From Octopus vulgaris (taxonomy: Eukaryota), in assembly GCA_951406725.2 (NCBI GenBank), contig OX597817.1, positions 70,618,001 through 70,682,000 of the forward strand: a stretch of DNA of 64,000 bases, read 5' to 3'. The notes beneath the pieces were generated by a model. It had not been told where the DNA came from. It made no database searches and saw only the letters and a list, made by a program, of their open reading frames with translations. Made by a program: the position numbers and the translations under genes. Positions 1 to 14,295 of the stretch are shown one piece after another. How positions within the stretch are numbered: the stretch's first letter is position 1; every line of letters starts with the position of its first letter.

Positions 1-229
1 ACTGCGCGATAGCTTGGTCCAGTGACATTTGTCATAGTAACGAATCGTTCCAAACCTTGTGAGAAAAATTGAGTAGTCGAGACAGTGTAAGAAGCCCGTT
101 GAATGGGATGGGGTCTCAGATCTAAACCGTCATTCGATTTAATACTATCACCGGGTCTTCGGGTATCATTAGTGGTGTTCACTCCGTTGCAATCATTCGG
201 AAAACATCTTTGGTATGATTATAATCCAT
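1..229 (-). CDS. Candidate 5' coding segment of a host gene running off the left edge (possible glycosylated extracellular N-terminus)
   Basis: The minus frame is open from 218 to 1 (SYQRCFPNDCNGVNTTNDTRRPGD...ERFVTMTNVTGPSYRA), with an in-frame ATG at 35. An ATG at 229 in gcccATGG context is one base out of frame across the A4 run at 201-204. A plausible acceptor tttatctcctgttcAG ends at 520. The sequence is non-repetitive, but no family was recognised. Confidence 0.25.
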
Positions 230-559
230 GGGCCCTAGATCCTTCTTTCTTTACTCCCTACCATTTTCCGAACTTTGTGAATGGGTCACAAACACTAGCT
301 TCCTGCCTCTGTCGTATATGGAACGATGTACAGAGTCAAGGCGAACAATAAACGTTTTACTCGATGAAAGCCATCTTGAACTGTTTTTTTCTTAGCAAAT
401 ATCATTCAATCTATCAAGTAGCAGTAATTTCCATTGGAAATAATTGAATTTTACACGCTTGTAGCGCTCCAGTTTTGTTTTATAATGAAATTTACATCAA
501 CGTTATTTAAAATTCAGATCTGAACAGGAGATAAATCAAAATCCATGATTTATTTAATT

Positions 560-769
560 AGTTTCAAATTTTGACACAAGGTTAGCAATTTCGGAGAAGG
601 GTGCAAGTCGATTACATTGATACCAGTGTTCAAATGGTACGTATTTTATCGACCTCGAAAGGATCAATGGCAAAGTCGACCCCAGCGGCATTTGAACTCA
701 GAACGTAGAGTCAGAAGAAATACTGCTAAGCAATTTTTCCGGTGCGGTAACGATTCTGCCAGCACGCCA
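560..769 (-). mobile_element. tRNA-derived SINE family A (GGCGGCGAGCTGGCAGAA head), decayed
   Basis: Reverse complement of the head, the B box GAGTTCAAAT and the core GCCTTTCATCCTTTCGGGGTCGAT seen in other copies. Confidence 0.8.
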
Positions 770-835
770 CTTTTTGATTTCTTTAACATTAGCATCTATT
801 TACGTATTTACTCTTTCTATAGTGATTACGACATT

Positions 836-1050
836 AAGGCGGTGAGCTGGCAGAAATGTCAGAACGCCGGGCGAAATGCTTAGCAGTATTTTGTCTGCCG
901 CTACGTTCTGAGTTCAAATTCCGCCGAGGTCGACTTTCCCTTTCATCCTTTCGGGGTCGATAAATTAATTAGCAGTTGTGTACTGGGGTCGATCTAATCG
1001 ACTGGCCCCCTTACCCCAAATTTCGGGACTTGTCCCTTGAGTAGAAGAAA
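836..1050 (+). mobile_element. SINE family A, full length
   Basis: aaggcggtgagctggcagaa...gagttcaaattccgccgaggtcgact...tttcatcctttcggggtcgataaa, then an A-rich tail. Confidence 0.9.
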
Positions 1051-1169
1051 AAGAAATAGTGATTATGGCAGACACACACACACACACATATGTGCACGCG
1101 CGCGTATATACCTACATGCATGTATGTATCAGTGTGTGTATCAATACAAGTAAATTTACACACACACAC

Positions 1170-1205
<36 letters not shown>

Positions 1206-1209
<4 letters not shown>

Positions 1210-1589
1210 CAGTATCGCCCGGCGTTGCTCAGGTTTGTAAGGGAAATAACTATAAAGCATTTTTAGAGAGTTATAGCCAAAAAACAGCAAAAAAATTGAA
1301 AAAAATTATGGTAAATTTTTTTTTGAGAGTTAAAAAGGTCGAGTTGCGTCCCCTGGACAGTCTGTGGTTCGTGTTTCTGATTCTCGACCCCATGTCGAAT
1401 TTATCGACTTTTTTCAGAACTGGGGGAACTTTTCAAAATTTTCGCTGCGTTAGTTTTAAATTATGACATTGGGCTATGTGTGTGTTAAGTTTCATCAGAA
1501 TCGGTTGAAAGCCGTGGTCAGGGTGAGGGTACAAGCAAACAGACACACAGAAACACGCACAGACAAACTGCCGTTTATATAGAGAGAGA
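1206..1589 (-). mobile_element. Non-autonomous Helitron with a variant 5' part
   Basis: Shares the 3' end with the other Helitron copies (hairpin variant cctgagcaacgccggg, then gatactgcta). The body differs and contains aagtttcatcagaatcgg and cagacaaact motifs typical of Lep1-like Helitrons. Confidence 0.75.
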
Positions 1590-1639
1590 TATATATATCT
1601 TTTCAGGTGAAGAACTTTTTCATTCTTTCTTATAGAAAC

Positions 1640-1995
1640 TAGATAAAAACTTTTGAGATGTGAATCTTTCGTAAATTGGAGAGATTCAGCTGGAAAAACT
1701 GTAACAAATGCTGCCATACTAGAAAAACTATTAGTTCAAAGTCAAGTATTGCGGGAGAGAAGTCCACAAACCTATCATATTTTTGATGTACAATCCGCTA
1801 CGTGTCACTACCCTAGGCCATACTGCCAAGAAGAGCTGTGGGGAACAAAGTGAAAGGCAGCCATAGGCGCTTGTGAACTGATGACATCAAAGAATTGACT
1901 GGAAGCAGGAGCGCGGTTGATTGTATGACTACAGCAGAACACACAAAGAGCTGAATAATCTTCGTAGGCCGAACGCTTGAGATAAAGAGAGCTGG
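1640..1995 (+). mobile_element. RTE-clade LINE 3' remnant
   Basis: Frameshifted peptides RFSWK, TNAAILEKL and (W)TDDIKELTG match the RTE ORF C-terminal pattern. Confidence 0.65.
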
Positions 1996-2001
1996 CTAAT
2001 T

Positions 2002-3259
2002 ATATAATGATTTATTCACAATTATACACTCTTCTTTTACGAAAATAAATTTTTTGATGGCATGTTCTGGCCACTGATATATTCGTAAATAATTTTGGTT
2101 TACGAATCTATCCTTCGCAATGTATTTTTGCATTCCTCTTTTATTATTTAATCTTCAATCATATCCAGTTTTTCCACCGTCGTTCGTTTTACTGGTCTTT
2201 TCTTATAAACGCTGCGCATGAAGTTAAAATTCAGAATCTGAATGTATAGATAGAGGTTGACACATTATTCTTGCCGGTCGGGACACATATTAAGCCCCAA
2301 GTTATATAGTTATATATATATATATATATATATACACTAGCAGTATCGCCCGGCGTTGCTCGGGTTTGTAAGGGAAATAACTATATAAGCATTTTTAGAG
2401 AGTTACTTCCCTTATAGATGCCAATTCGGGCTTTCTTAGCCATTTCTGTTTTGGTGTCTTCAAGCCATGAAGTCGTTGTTCTAAAAGAACGCTGGTCTCC
2501 TTGACAACGCATTACGACGTTGATTTCCTTAAACTCCCTTCCCCACAGCTTCACGAGGGAGGGAAGAAGGGGGAGAAGCAAACAGGTGCAGGTGTTTGAG
2601 CGTGGACGCCAACTCCGCTGGCATCGCCACACGATGCATTTTATGCATTAAAATGGAATTAAAAAATGATGTTAAATTATTTTTAAAATCGTAGACTCAT
2701 CGTAGACGCGCGCTAATAGCCAGACGGGCTCGATATTAATCACGACTATAAGATACCCGAATTTGGTTAAACTGCACCGCAAAATGTGGGAGGAGTTAGG
2801 AATCTAAATCGAAGGGGACAGACACTCACACAACTAGAGTTTTATATATATAGATATATACTTTGTGTGTTTGTGTTAATTTGTATTTACAGTAATGTTT
2901 TCCCGACGAGAAGACTGGAGCCTTTTTGGTTCCTAACTTCGAAATTGCAATAAGGGACTAACCTTTTATTTTTATTTAAATTTTGAATTTTATGTCATGT
3001 CATCCGTTGACAGCTTTTACTTGTTGAAGTGATATAATATGTGTGGTTATAGTGGCTTTATAGTGGTTTTAACTGCTATTTGTAAACATGCAAAGATTTT
3101 TTTTCAACCCTCTCCGTTATAATTGTGATTTATTCACAATTATATGCTCTTTTTTTTATGAAAATAAATTTTTTGATTGCATGTTCTGGCTACTGATATA
3201 TTGGTAAATAATTTGGAATTGTTTACGATACATCCTTCACAATGTATTTTTGCATTTTT

Positions 3260-3260
<1 letters not shown>
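2002..3260. repeat. Diverged direct repeat pair (about 2002-2140 and 3118-3260)
   Basis: Both copies read gatttattcacaattata...gaaaataaatttt...gcatgttctgg...caatgtatttttgcatt. Confidence 0.75.
2337..2854 (-). mobile_element. Non-autonomous Helitron
   Basis: On the minus strand it starts TC (2854) and ends CTAG (2337), with subterminal hairpin CCCGAGCAACGCCGGG, inserted between A and T. Confidence 0.9.
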
Positions 3261-3305
<45 letters not shown>

Positions 3306-3387
3306 GTCAGAGAGTCAAATATATATTGACCTCGATATACATACATACATATATATATATATATATGGGAGAGATAAATATATGTGC

Positions 3388-3456
<69 letters not shown>

Positions 3457-3559
3457 ATAAACATATGTTTTATGTAAGTGTATACACATACACGTGTATA
3501 CGTACATATATACATACACTTATATACGCAGGGAAAGGGAAAACTGAAACCAATAAAAA

Positions 3560-4100
3560 TGAACTCACTGGAACTGATAGAGCAAAAAAAAAACATTGAT
3601 AGAAACTAATAATAGAAAACATCAACCAAATTAAAACACAACTTAACCTGTGTTTTTCTATTTATGGCAGATGTGTGTTGGGAACTAAGCTTAAGCCAAT
3701 AGCGATATTTCTGAGAAAGGATTACTAAATAAGAGAGAAAAAGTCACAAGGAATTTTAGTTCAACCTCATCCCAAAGGCAACATAAACGAAGATGGGATT
3801 ATATTATAGCTAAACTAAGTATAGAAACAGAAATCCAAAGGAAGAAAAATCACTCCTAAAATGAGATTAAACCTATGCAAACGAAAAGAGGGCCAGGCCA
3901 TCAAAAACACAAACCAAGCTGCGACGGTTAGGCGGCCTCGCATCTTTTCTTCAACCTCTGGATGCGGTGTTGAATAATCTATTGAAGGAAAGTATTCATA
4001 CGAGGAGGAACTGACCAAAGACGGTAACTCAAGAAGCCATGCTTGCTTGTTTCTTGTAACATGAAGAATGCGCAAGATGATATATGATACAGTCATTGAT
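3560..4100 (+). pseudogene. pogo/Tigger-family DDE transposase remnant
   Basis: GTKLKPIAIF (3681-3710), GILVQPHPKG (from 3750) and GGLASFLQPLDAVLNNLLK (3931-3987) match the DDE_1 motifs GTKLxP and LQPLD. Stops and frameshifts are present. Confidence 0.75.
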
Positions 4101-4634
4101 ATGGGGATGAAGAATTTATTGAAGACAGAAATGTCAACTAGTAAGGATAGGAACAGATAAAGCTAAAACAATAACGCGTAAAAGTACAATTGAGAAAGAA
4201 ATTTGAAGGATTGCTTTGGTCCAGTGGTAAAACATCGGTCATTTTTACAGGAAATGTGGATTCTAGCCCATGGCCAGTCTTCAGTTTATTCCACCCAAAG
4301 CATTTTTAATCCAGTATTTACATGCTATAATTCATAACATTATGTACTCCGAGTTTCATCGATCAAACAAAAAAAATTCTTTTTACATTTTACGGAGTTG
4401 GAGCCAAGAAAGAAATTTGAGAAATTTCTCACTTCGTATTTTTATACTCATTCGAGAACTTTACTGCAACACTGCAAAAAAGCCGTCAAAATCACACCTC
4501 CACTGATTAAAAAATGGTGAGAAGAAAGACATTAGATAAGGTATTCCTAGGAATCTTTAAAAAATCACAGCTTCAATACATCTTATCATAGGTCCACACA
4601 GTGAAGGCTAACCAAGAGCTTAACATCAACAAGA

Positions 4635-4798
4635 ATTATTTGCCGAGGTCGATTTTGCCTTTCATCCTTACAGCGTAGATAAAATAAGTACCAGTTGAAC
4701 GCTGGGGTCGATATAATCGACTTGCCCCTTCCATCGAACTTCCTGGCCTTGTGCCAAAATTTGAAACAATTATCATTATAATTATTATTATTATTATT
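4635..4798 (+). mobile_element. SINE family A, 5'-truncated, with (ATT)n tail
   Basis: gccgaggtcgattttgcctttcatcc...tgtgccaaaatttgaaac followed by (att)n. Confidence 0.75.
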
Positions 4799-4799
4799 T

Positions 4800-6697
4800 C
4801 TCTTTATCACCGGTTTTGTTGGAGCTTCTGGAGTCTTGCATGCGTAGCGGGCTTGCTACCTGCAACCTACAATACCATGCTAGCAGTTCTTTTCAGCTAT
4901 CTAGTACTTTCCTGATTATTCTTGCCGTGCCAAGGAGGCAAACCTCTTGTAACAGTTCTACTCAGCACTCTATTCCAATTTCCTTTATATTCCTCTTGAT
5001 GCCTTCTAATACTGTTACCAAAGACCCAACAATAATTGGCTCTGGCTTCACCTTCTTCAGTTTCCATAGCCAGGTTATTTCGTACTTAAGAGGGTTGTAT
5101 TTCTCTAGCTTTTCGCCTTCCTTCTTGACTATTCATGAGTCAAAGGGGCATGCAACATCAATTCTACAGTATATGTGCTGCACCTTGCCCACCACCACTA
5201 GGTCCGGTCTGTTATGCTCTAGCACCTGATCTGTTTGGATTGGGAAATCCCAGAGGATTTTGCTAGTCTCCCACTCCACCACTCTCTGCGGTTTGTGCTC
5301 ATACCACGTCTTGCCTCTCTTTTCGCCCAGTTTCCAATATAACACTTTCGCTACCTGATCGTGTCGCCACAACTTGCAGTTGATTTTGGGCAAGTCTAGG
5401 GCATTCATTCGTGATATGGGCAGATGCGGCACAGCGGAGACACTTGCTCATTCCTAAGATTAACCCTCCAGTTCGTGGCCAAAGCTTGGTCTTCTGATGC
5501 CAGGATAGTGCTCTCGATCTTTTTTTTTTTTTACTGTTCCTTTCATCAGTAAATGCCACCTACTTTTTTCCAGCAATTTCTGTTGTGGCTACATGGAATT
5601 GATTTTGTGGTCCCTTCTTGCGTAATTCTTCTGCATGTCCTTTTTGTACCTCTTCCTTTGTTTTCCATTTTTTCTCTACTTTCAATACTCCCTCGTTCGT
5701 AGCTGTCACTAACAAGGTTTCTTCACTTTGAGCCAGATATCTCATTAAGCGCTCGAGTTCGATACGTACGCAATCTTCTACACTTGTCAGTCCTCTTCCT
5801 CCATTTGCTTTCTTCATGTATAGGCGATCAGTGTCTGCACGTGGATGATGGGCTCCATGCAACATTAGGAGCTTTCTTCACTTCCTCTCCTTCTCCTTTA
5901 GCTCTTCCTCTGTCTACTTCAGGATTCCAGCGCCATGCCGAACTACTGTGACTGCGCGCAAGTTTATTGCTGAAATTATATTTCTGGCATTCAGCTTTGA
6001 AGCCAATATCTTTCTCACTCACCGCAGGTACTCTGTTTTTGTCTTTTCCCTCATGTCATTGTGTTTGATTCTATCTGCCTTAAGTATTCCCAGATATTTG
6101 TAGCTGGAGTTATGTTTAATTTCCTTCGTCATTTCACCACTTTGCAACCATATGCCTTCTGTCTTGACAAGCTTTCCTCGTCTTATCACCATCGTAGCAC
6201 ATTTCTAGTATCATAACTCCATCTTAATATCATTGGAGAAGATCCGCACAAACTGGACTAGGCTGCCCAGTTCTGCCTCAGTTTCTGTGAATAGCTTTAT
6301 ATGAATAGTTTTTATGAATAGCAAGTGGTTCAGTTTTCCCTTACCTCTTCCCAGATCATACCCCAACTTTGCTTTCTGTAGTATTTCACTCAAGGAGTTC
6401 ATTCCCAACACGAAGATCAGTGGGGATACACAGACCCCTTGGAAGATTCCTCTCTTGATTTTTCACCTCCCCTAATACTTGATTCCCTGCTGTCAATTCT
6501 GTTCTCCAGCATTTCATGTTTTTCCATATAAAGCTTCTCATATTTTCTGCTACTCCATACATTTCTGTTGTTCTTATTAGCAAGGAGAATCATATCGTAT
6601 GCTTTGCGATAGTCAATCCACGCCATGCTCAGGCTTGAGTGTCTTCTCTTGCAGTTCCTTTTTAAATTAGATTATCAATTAAGAGCTGATCCTTCGT
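4800..6697 (-). mobile_element. 5'-truncated R4/Dong-clade non-LTR retrotransposon (RT plus restriction-like endonuclease), frameshifted
   Basis: Collinear fragments TKDQLLID, MAWIDYRKAYDMI, LNHLLF, HPRADTDRLYM..GGRGLTSVEDC, a C-rich knuckle, RHDQVAKVLYW and KILWDFPIQTD...NRPDLVVV...IDVACPFD. Flanked by (TAA)n on both sides. Confidence 0.9.
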
Positions 6698-6710
6698 TAT
6701 TATAATAATA

Positions 6711-6758
<48 letters not shown>

Positions 6759-7202
6759 ACTATAAAATATGCTTCAACACACGGATTCACATAAAGAATC
6801 TTGCAAACCAAATACAAAAACGAAATCATCATTATTATTATTATTATCATTATTATTAGTATTAGTATTCTAAAAAAGAAAAAACTAAAGATAGAGGAAG
6901 GGTGCTTTAGAATCTGTAGTCCTTGATAATTCCATAAAAGAAAGTGGATGGTTCCAGCTGGAAAGCATTAGATCATAGTTATTCTCGATCGAGCTTGGCT
7001 TGAGACTAAGTAAAAACAGTAACTACTCTTTTATGATGGTGTATATTCTAAGATCCTGGCAGAAGCATCTATGAACCTACCTGGAGGTCTCTAGGCGGTC
7101 GTTCAGCCTATTATTAGAAATAGTAAATAAACTACCCGTTAATCAGACTGCACTATTATGTGTGTGTAAGGAGGGTTGTGTGGGGGGAGGGGGGGGCTTG
7201 TG

Positions 7203-7880
<678 letters not shown>

Positions 7881-7897
7881 GTATCTATGTATGTGTG

Positions 7898-7928
<31 letters not shown>

Positions 7929-7946
7929 GTGTATGTGTGTGTGTGT

Positions 7947-7978
<32 letters not shown>

Positions 7979-7980
7979 TA

Positions 7981-8185
7981 CTGAAAAATTCCTGGCTTTA
8001 AGGGCATCGCGAAAGGTCTGGTTGGAGGCCCTACTTGCCGGGTATCTATGCAGGGCTTAGAAAAACGGAAGGACCGCTGCAATAAGTGCGTGAATCTAAG
8101 AAGGGAATATGTTGAATAAAATCATAACAGATCCTCCCTCCTGTATTCTCTTTTACTCAAGCCAGGAACTTTTCAGCACCTCCTC

Positions 8186-8186
<1 letters not shown>
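7981..8186 (+). mobile_element. mariner-derived MITE (internally deleted)
   Basis: TIRs ctgaaaaattcctggctt and aagccaggaacttttcag. The internal peptide GLEKRKDRCNKCVNLRREYVE* matches the mariner C-terminus pattern GIxKLxxRWxKCxxxxGxYVE. Confidence 0.85.
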
Positions 8187-8269
<83 letters not shown>

Positions 8270-8615
8270 TATATATAAAACATGTAGGTTATCATAGTTC
8301 ATTCTGCTTCAGCATAGTGCTTATGCAAACTACTAAACTTAGTAGTATTACTATTTATGAAGTACAGAGCAAGTGCAGAAGTAATTGCAATAAACACTAT
8401 TATTAGTTCTTGCGTGTGCGTTTCCCCATAAAGGTTGCTTGAAACCCTGCACTGGATGTTCCAGGTTCATTTGGAAACTTAACCAGAACGGATCATCAGG
8501 GAACATTTTATTGCATTGTTACTTTAAGTTACTGAGAGCTGAAAGTGAAACGTAGGGAGAAACTCATAAAATAAACTTGTGTTTACCATATTTTTCTTCT
8601 CTCTCTCTCTCTCAA

Positions 8616-8662
<47 letters not shown>

Positions 8663-8812
8663 CATTCATAGATGTCGTTTCTTTGATTTCTTTGGGATAT
8701 TAAGTATTTCGCATTCCAGAATTCAAATTGCTCTCTAACAAAGTGACAAGACTTTCTTTTTGTTTAAATCAAAACAACTACTAAGGTTTGAAGGTAAGTG
8801 TATTAGTGTATG

Positions 8813-9347
<535 letters not shown>

Positions 9348-9477
9348 GGCGCGTGTGTAGATATACATAAATCTGTCTTGAGGCTATGTCTGTCACTTTT
9401 CTGCACAAACCTGTGTTTTACTGTTGTTTCCATGCGCATGTCGTATCCCATATGCAAATGTATGTATGCGCGTTACA

Positions 9478-9878
9478 TCTTTATATATAAAAGTGAGGTT
9501 GTGTACTGTCTGTCCCCTACCATTTAAATTCCTAACTACTCCCACATTTTGCGGTGCAGTTTAATCAAAACCGGGTATCTTATAGTCGTAATTCATATCG
9601 AGCCCTTCTGGGTATTAGCGCGCGTCTACGATGAGTCTACGATTAAAAAAAAAAATTACCATCAATTTTTCCCATTTTTAATGCATTTTTGGCATATATA
9701 AGGGACGTAACTTTCTAAAAATTTATTATTAAATCTCAGAATGTAAAAAGCTACAGTAACACCCCCCCCCCCCTTTGTGGTTAGCCATATTGAGATGGCT
9801 ATTATACTTTACATCTCTAAAAATGCTTATATGGTTATTTCCCTTACAAACCCGAGCAACGCCGGGCGATACTGCTAG
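9478..9878 (+). mobile_element. Non-autonomous Helitron
   Basis: A|TCTTTATATATAAAAG ... CCCGAGCAACGCCGGGCGATACTGCTAG|T. Confidence 0.92.
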
Positions 9879-9905
9879 TATATAAATATATGTATAAATG
9901 ATTGT

Positions 9906-9940
<35 letters not shown>

Positions 9941-9964
9941 CTGAGAGAGAGAGAGAAAGAGGGG

Positions 9965-10205
9965 TGTTTGAATGATGTACATGGTGTGGATGTAGACGTC
10001 TTCAGAACAGAACTGGATCACCCACCGTTAAGAATCCCGGATGAGCCAACTTCACGACAGGAAAAGCAACTGAGGGCAACAACATCAAACTCCCTACTTC
10101 ACCATATGCTAACTATAAAAAGGAGGATTTATGAAAACGTAGGTAAAAACCAATGGCGGTGTCCCAGCATGGCCACAGCTCTCAAGCTGAAACAGGTAGA
10201 AGAAT
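9965..10205 (+). mobile_element. LINE 3' end (CR1/Jockey-group ORF2 C-terminus plus 3' UTR stem-loop)
   Basis: Peptide DVDVFRTELDH..RIPDEPTSRQEKQLRATTSNSLLH, then tail ggcggtgtcccagcatggccacagctctcaagctgaaac, which resembles the family B SINE tail. Confidence 0.7.
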
Positions 10206-10760
10206 ATGTGCGGGTATGTATGTGCATGTGACCCAGAGAGAGAGGGGGGAGAGGGAGAGAGAGGGAGAGAGGTGTGTGGGTGTGTGTAAGCAACAGGACT
10301 TCGTCCTTCACCCTAGTCTTTTAGAAATAGTAATTAAGTACGATATAAGTAATGTAATGTGATTTGTAACTTTTGTTTTAAATTGTAATCCACGTTCTTC
10401 ATACCTAATCGAGCACAAAACATTTCTATTCTTTGTCAGTTTTCATGTGCAGCCATTACCGTCCACATTTCCTTATACTTTTTTTCTTCTTTTCTGTTTT
10501 TACCGCCTTTTACTTTTCTTCTATTTCAGTGCCTTCCTATCGCTCTTAACTGGTCTGTTTTACCCTATATCTACCCTTCTCAATCCCGCCCCATCTCTCT
10601 CCTTTGCTTTTGCTTTCATCCGCCTTTCGCATCTCCATCTACCAACTCATTTTCTTTCTGTTTCCCTACTTTTATTCCTCCTCTTTCTCTCCCAACCAGC
10701 TAAGAGAATCTGACCAGATTTCCTTCAATACTACTTGACCCAAAGAAAGCCACTCCGTTG

Positions 10761-10879
<119 letters not shown>

Positions 10880-10957
10880 GTAGGTAGGTTGATATAGATA
10901 TAGATAGATTGAGAGATTCATAGATAGACAGATAGATTAAGAGATTGATAGATAGAC

Positions 10958-11046
<89 letters not shown>

Positions 11047-12211
11047 TACACACATATATATACACACATATATATACACACATACATATACATATATACA
11101 TATATAATATCCAGTTATCTAAATACACTGCAAAACCGATTGCTAAGATCAGCTGAAATGGATCTATAATACAGTATAATTTTTATCGCCGACAACCCGG
11201 TACTGGGTTACATATCATCAGTAACACTCTAAAACTGATCAGTGTGAGTGTACGCATGTGCGTGTTATCAATTATTCAAATAGAATATGAATGAATAACT
11301 AATCTTCATGCCAACAACTTCGAAGGTGATGGCAGAAGTCCTATGTGGACAACTGATGCAAATGGCAACATACCATCATGATGAGCTAGAAGCCATAATG
11401 CAAGGTCAGCATCTAGAATGATGTTTCATGGCGTGGATATACACTAAGATGGTACAGCGTGGTCTGAAGATCTTTTCAACCACTTTGGCAATCTCCTGTG
11501 TTTTCATACAAATTCAGTTGCGTTGCCTGTATCTGGCCGCTGAGCATAACGTATCAGAGCGAGAAATTGTGTCCGATGCACGCACAGCTCTTTTACCACT
11601 ATAAAAAAGCAAAACCTAGCTCTAGCGAGTAAGACTGCGAGACACTTAGATGACAGACCCCAACTAAGAGTCAAATAGTTTTGTCGTGGTGGATGGAGTA
11701 TTACGTATAACTGGGGCAATGAGACAATGGAATAACCTCCAATTTTGCAGGTTCAAGTGTAGTACAGGTAAGAGCGATCTTTTTTTGTTGCTCTCTCTCC
11801 AACCACTATCAAACTTGATGGTATCCTTTGTTCTAGTGCAGCATAGCTAGTCATGGTCTTTGCTGATTACTGATGGTAAAGACGGCGGACCTTTCATTTG
11901 CGATAGATGGAGTATCATGCATTTCCGACAAAGAAATATCACCACTTCCGTAACTTCAGGGCACGGAAAGTGTAATACAAAAGACGGCAGCAGTTGTAAT
12001 TCTCTGGTCTATTGCATGGATGCGTACCCTGTTGAGATGTTGTATGTCTGAAGTGATTGTTTTTATTGATCACCAATGGATGAACAGGATAACCTTAGGC
12101 ATCTTTTACTTCTACGTTGTTCCTCATTTGCTTCTGTTATTGATATGTTTTGGCACATATATATGTACACACGCGCGCGTGTATGTGTATGTGTGTGTTT
12201 GTTTGTTTCTT

Positions 12212-12244
<33 letters not shown>

Positions 12245-12476
12245 AATTCACAAGCGTGAACACAAAATATCTATCCGTCTGCCAATATATATCTGTAAAT
12301 ATATGTGGGCCTACATACATAAATCTATGTATTATATATGTGTGTATATGTGTATCTTATGTATATGCATGTAAGTATATCATATATCTACACACACACA
12401 CATATATATAGAGAAACATGTATATGTACATTCATTATGTAATCTATGTGAATGTATGTATATATAAAATTATATG

Positions 12477-12581
<105 letters not shown>

Positions 12582-13203
12582 GTGTGTACATATATATAAA
12601 ATTATCTCTCTCTCTCTCCATATATATATATATATGAAATTATATATATGTATATATATATATGTGCGTGTGTGTGTATGCATACATGTGTATATGTATG
12701 AATGTTTTTATATATGTATGTATGCATACATACCATCATATGCATATTTGAGAGGGTAGGGATAATTTCTACGAAATAAAAAAAAAAGCTGAATGTCTTA
12801 ATGAAAAATTCGAGAGTAGATTTCCTTACGGATTTCGCGCACCAACAATTACAGAAGGGGAGACGAGAAATTCAAAATACAAACTGATGGATAAAATAAC
12901 AGAATAATTGCGAAAAAAGAATATTTGGCACATTACACAACACCACACACGCACAAAACGCCTATATTTATGATTTTAAGCTTAGCAAAAGGACAAAGGG
13001 TAGAGCCCGTTAGTTTGGAAGTGTCTATAAAACTGGTAGCGGGTGGGTGGGGGTGAATCTACGATTAAGCAGTGGATGAGGCGGGAAACTGCTTCACGCT
13101 ACTGAACTATGATGCTCCGGTGTGAGATTTTTGCCAAAATTCATACAAAAATGTGGACTCTGCTAAAAGATTTCAAGGGTCAGTCAGCTGGTGGTAGCGT
13201 TTA

Positions 13204-13261
<58 letters not shown>

Positions 13262-13364
13262 AGGTTTTCATAAGTTTTTATATAAGTGAGGCAAAAACTT
13301 TTAATAAGAGCACTCGTATATAAGCAAATGGAGTCATAATATCATAGTATCATAAATTAAGTCC

Positions 13365-13661
13365 CGTGTGGACTAGTGGTTAGGGCAGCGAACTCGCGGT
13401 CGGCGGATCGCGGTTTCGATTCCCAGACCTTGTGTTGTGAGTGTTTATTGAGCGAAAACACCTAAAAGCTCCACGAGGCTCTGGCAGAGAGTGGTGGTGA
13501 CCCCTGTTGTACTCTTTCGCCACAACTTTCTCTCACTCTCTCTTCCTGTTTCTTGAGTAACGCTGCGATGGACCGGTGTCCTGTCCAGCTGGGGGGAACA
13601 CATACGCCATAGAAACCGGGAAACCGGGCCCATGAGCCTGGATAGGCTTGAAAAGTGCGAC

Positions 13662-13662
<1 letters not shown>
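13365..13662 (+). mobile_element. tRNA-derived SINE: family C head with a V-domain-like tail
   Basis: A box tggactagtgg, B box ggtttcgattccc, and a tail with gcgatggaccggtgtcctgtccag. Confidence 0.85.
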
Positions 13663-13705
<43 letters not shown>

Positions 13706-13714
13706 ACATATTTC

Positions 13715-14055
13715 TGTAGTGGCTAAGTGACAAGAATCTTGCTATCCGACCACATCGTTTCGGCTTCAGTCCCGCTTCGTGGCACCTCGGACAAGTGTCT
13801 TCTACTATAGCCTCGGGCCGGCCAAAGCCTTGTGAGTGGACTTGGCAGACGGAAACTGAAAGAAGCCTGTCGTATATATATATATATCTATATGTGTGTC
13901 TTTGTGTCCGTGTTTAGCCTGCCGCATCACCGCTTGACAACCGGTATTTGTGTGTTTACGTCCCCGTAACTTCGGCAAAAAGACCTATAAAGTGCTGGGG
14001 TTGATTCATTTGACTAAAAACTCAAGGTGGTGCCTCAGCTTCACCGCAAGTAAAA
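13715..14055 (+). mobile_element. SINE family B (CORE-like), decayed
   Basis: gtggcacctcggacaagtgtcttctactatagcc...gacggaaactgaaagaagcc with an internal microsatellite. Confidence 0.8.
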
Positions 14056-14076
14056 GATAATATATATATATATATA

Positions 14077-14127
<51 letters not shown>

Positions 14128-14223
14128 GTGTGTATGTATGTATGTATGTATGTATGCATGCATGCATGCATGTATGCATGTATATATGTGTGTGTGTGTA
14201 TGTGAGTGTATGTATGTATGTGC

Positions 14224-14280
<57 letters not shown>

Positions 14281-14295
14281 TATATATATACATCA

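Noticed and set aside
103-351. 82-aa plus-strand ORF
   Set aside because: No recognisable motif. The opposite strand gives the more plausible open frame.
11380-12130. Possible mariner transposase remnant on the minus strand (SGDISL-like peptide)
   Set aside because: Only isolated short resemblances, with no collinear motifs or TIR I can support.
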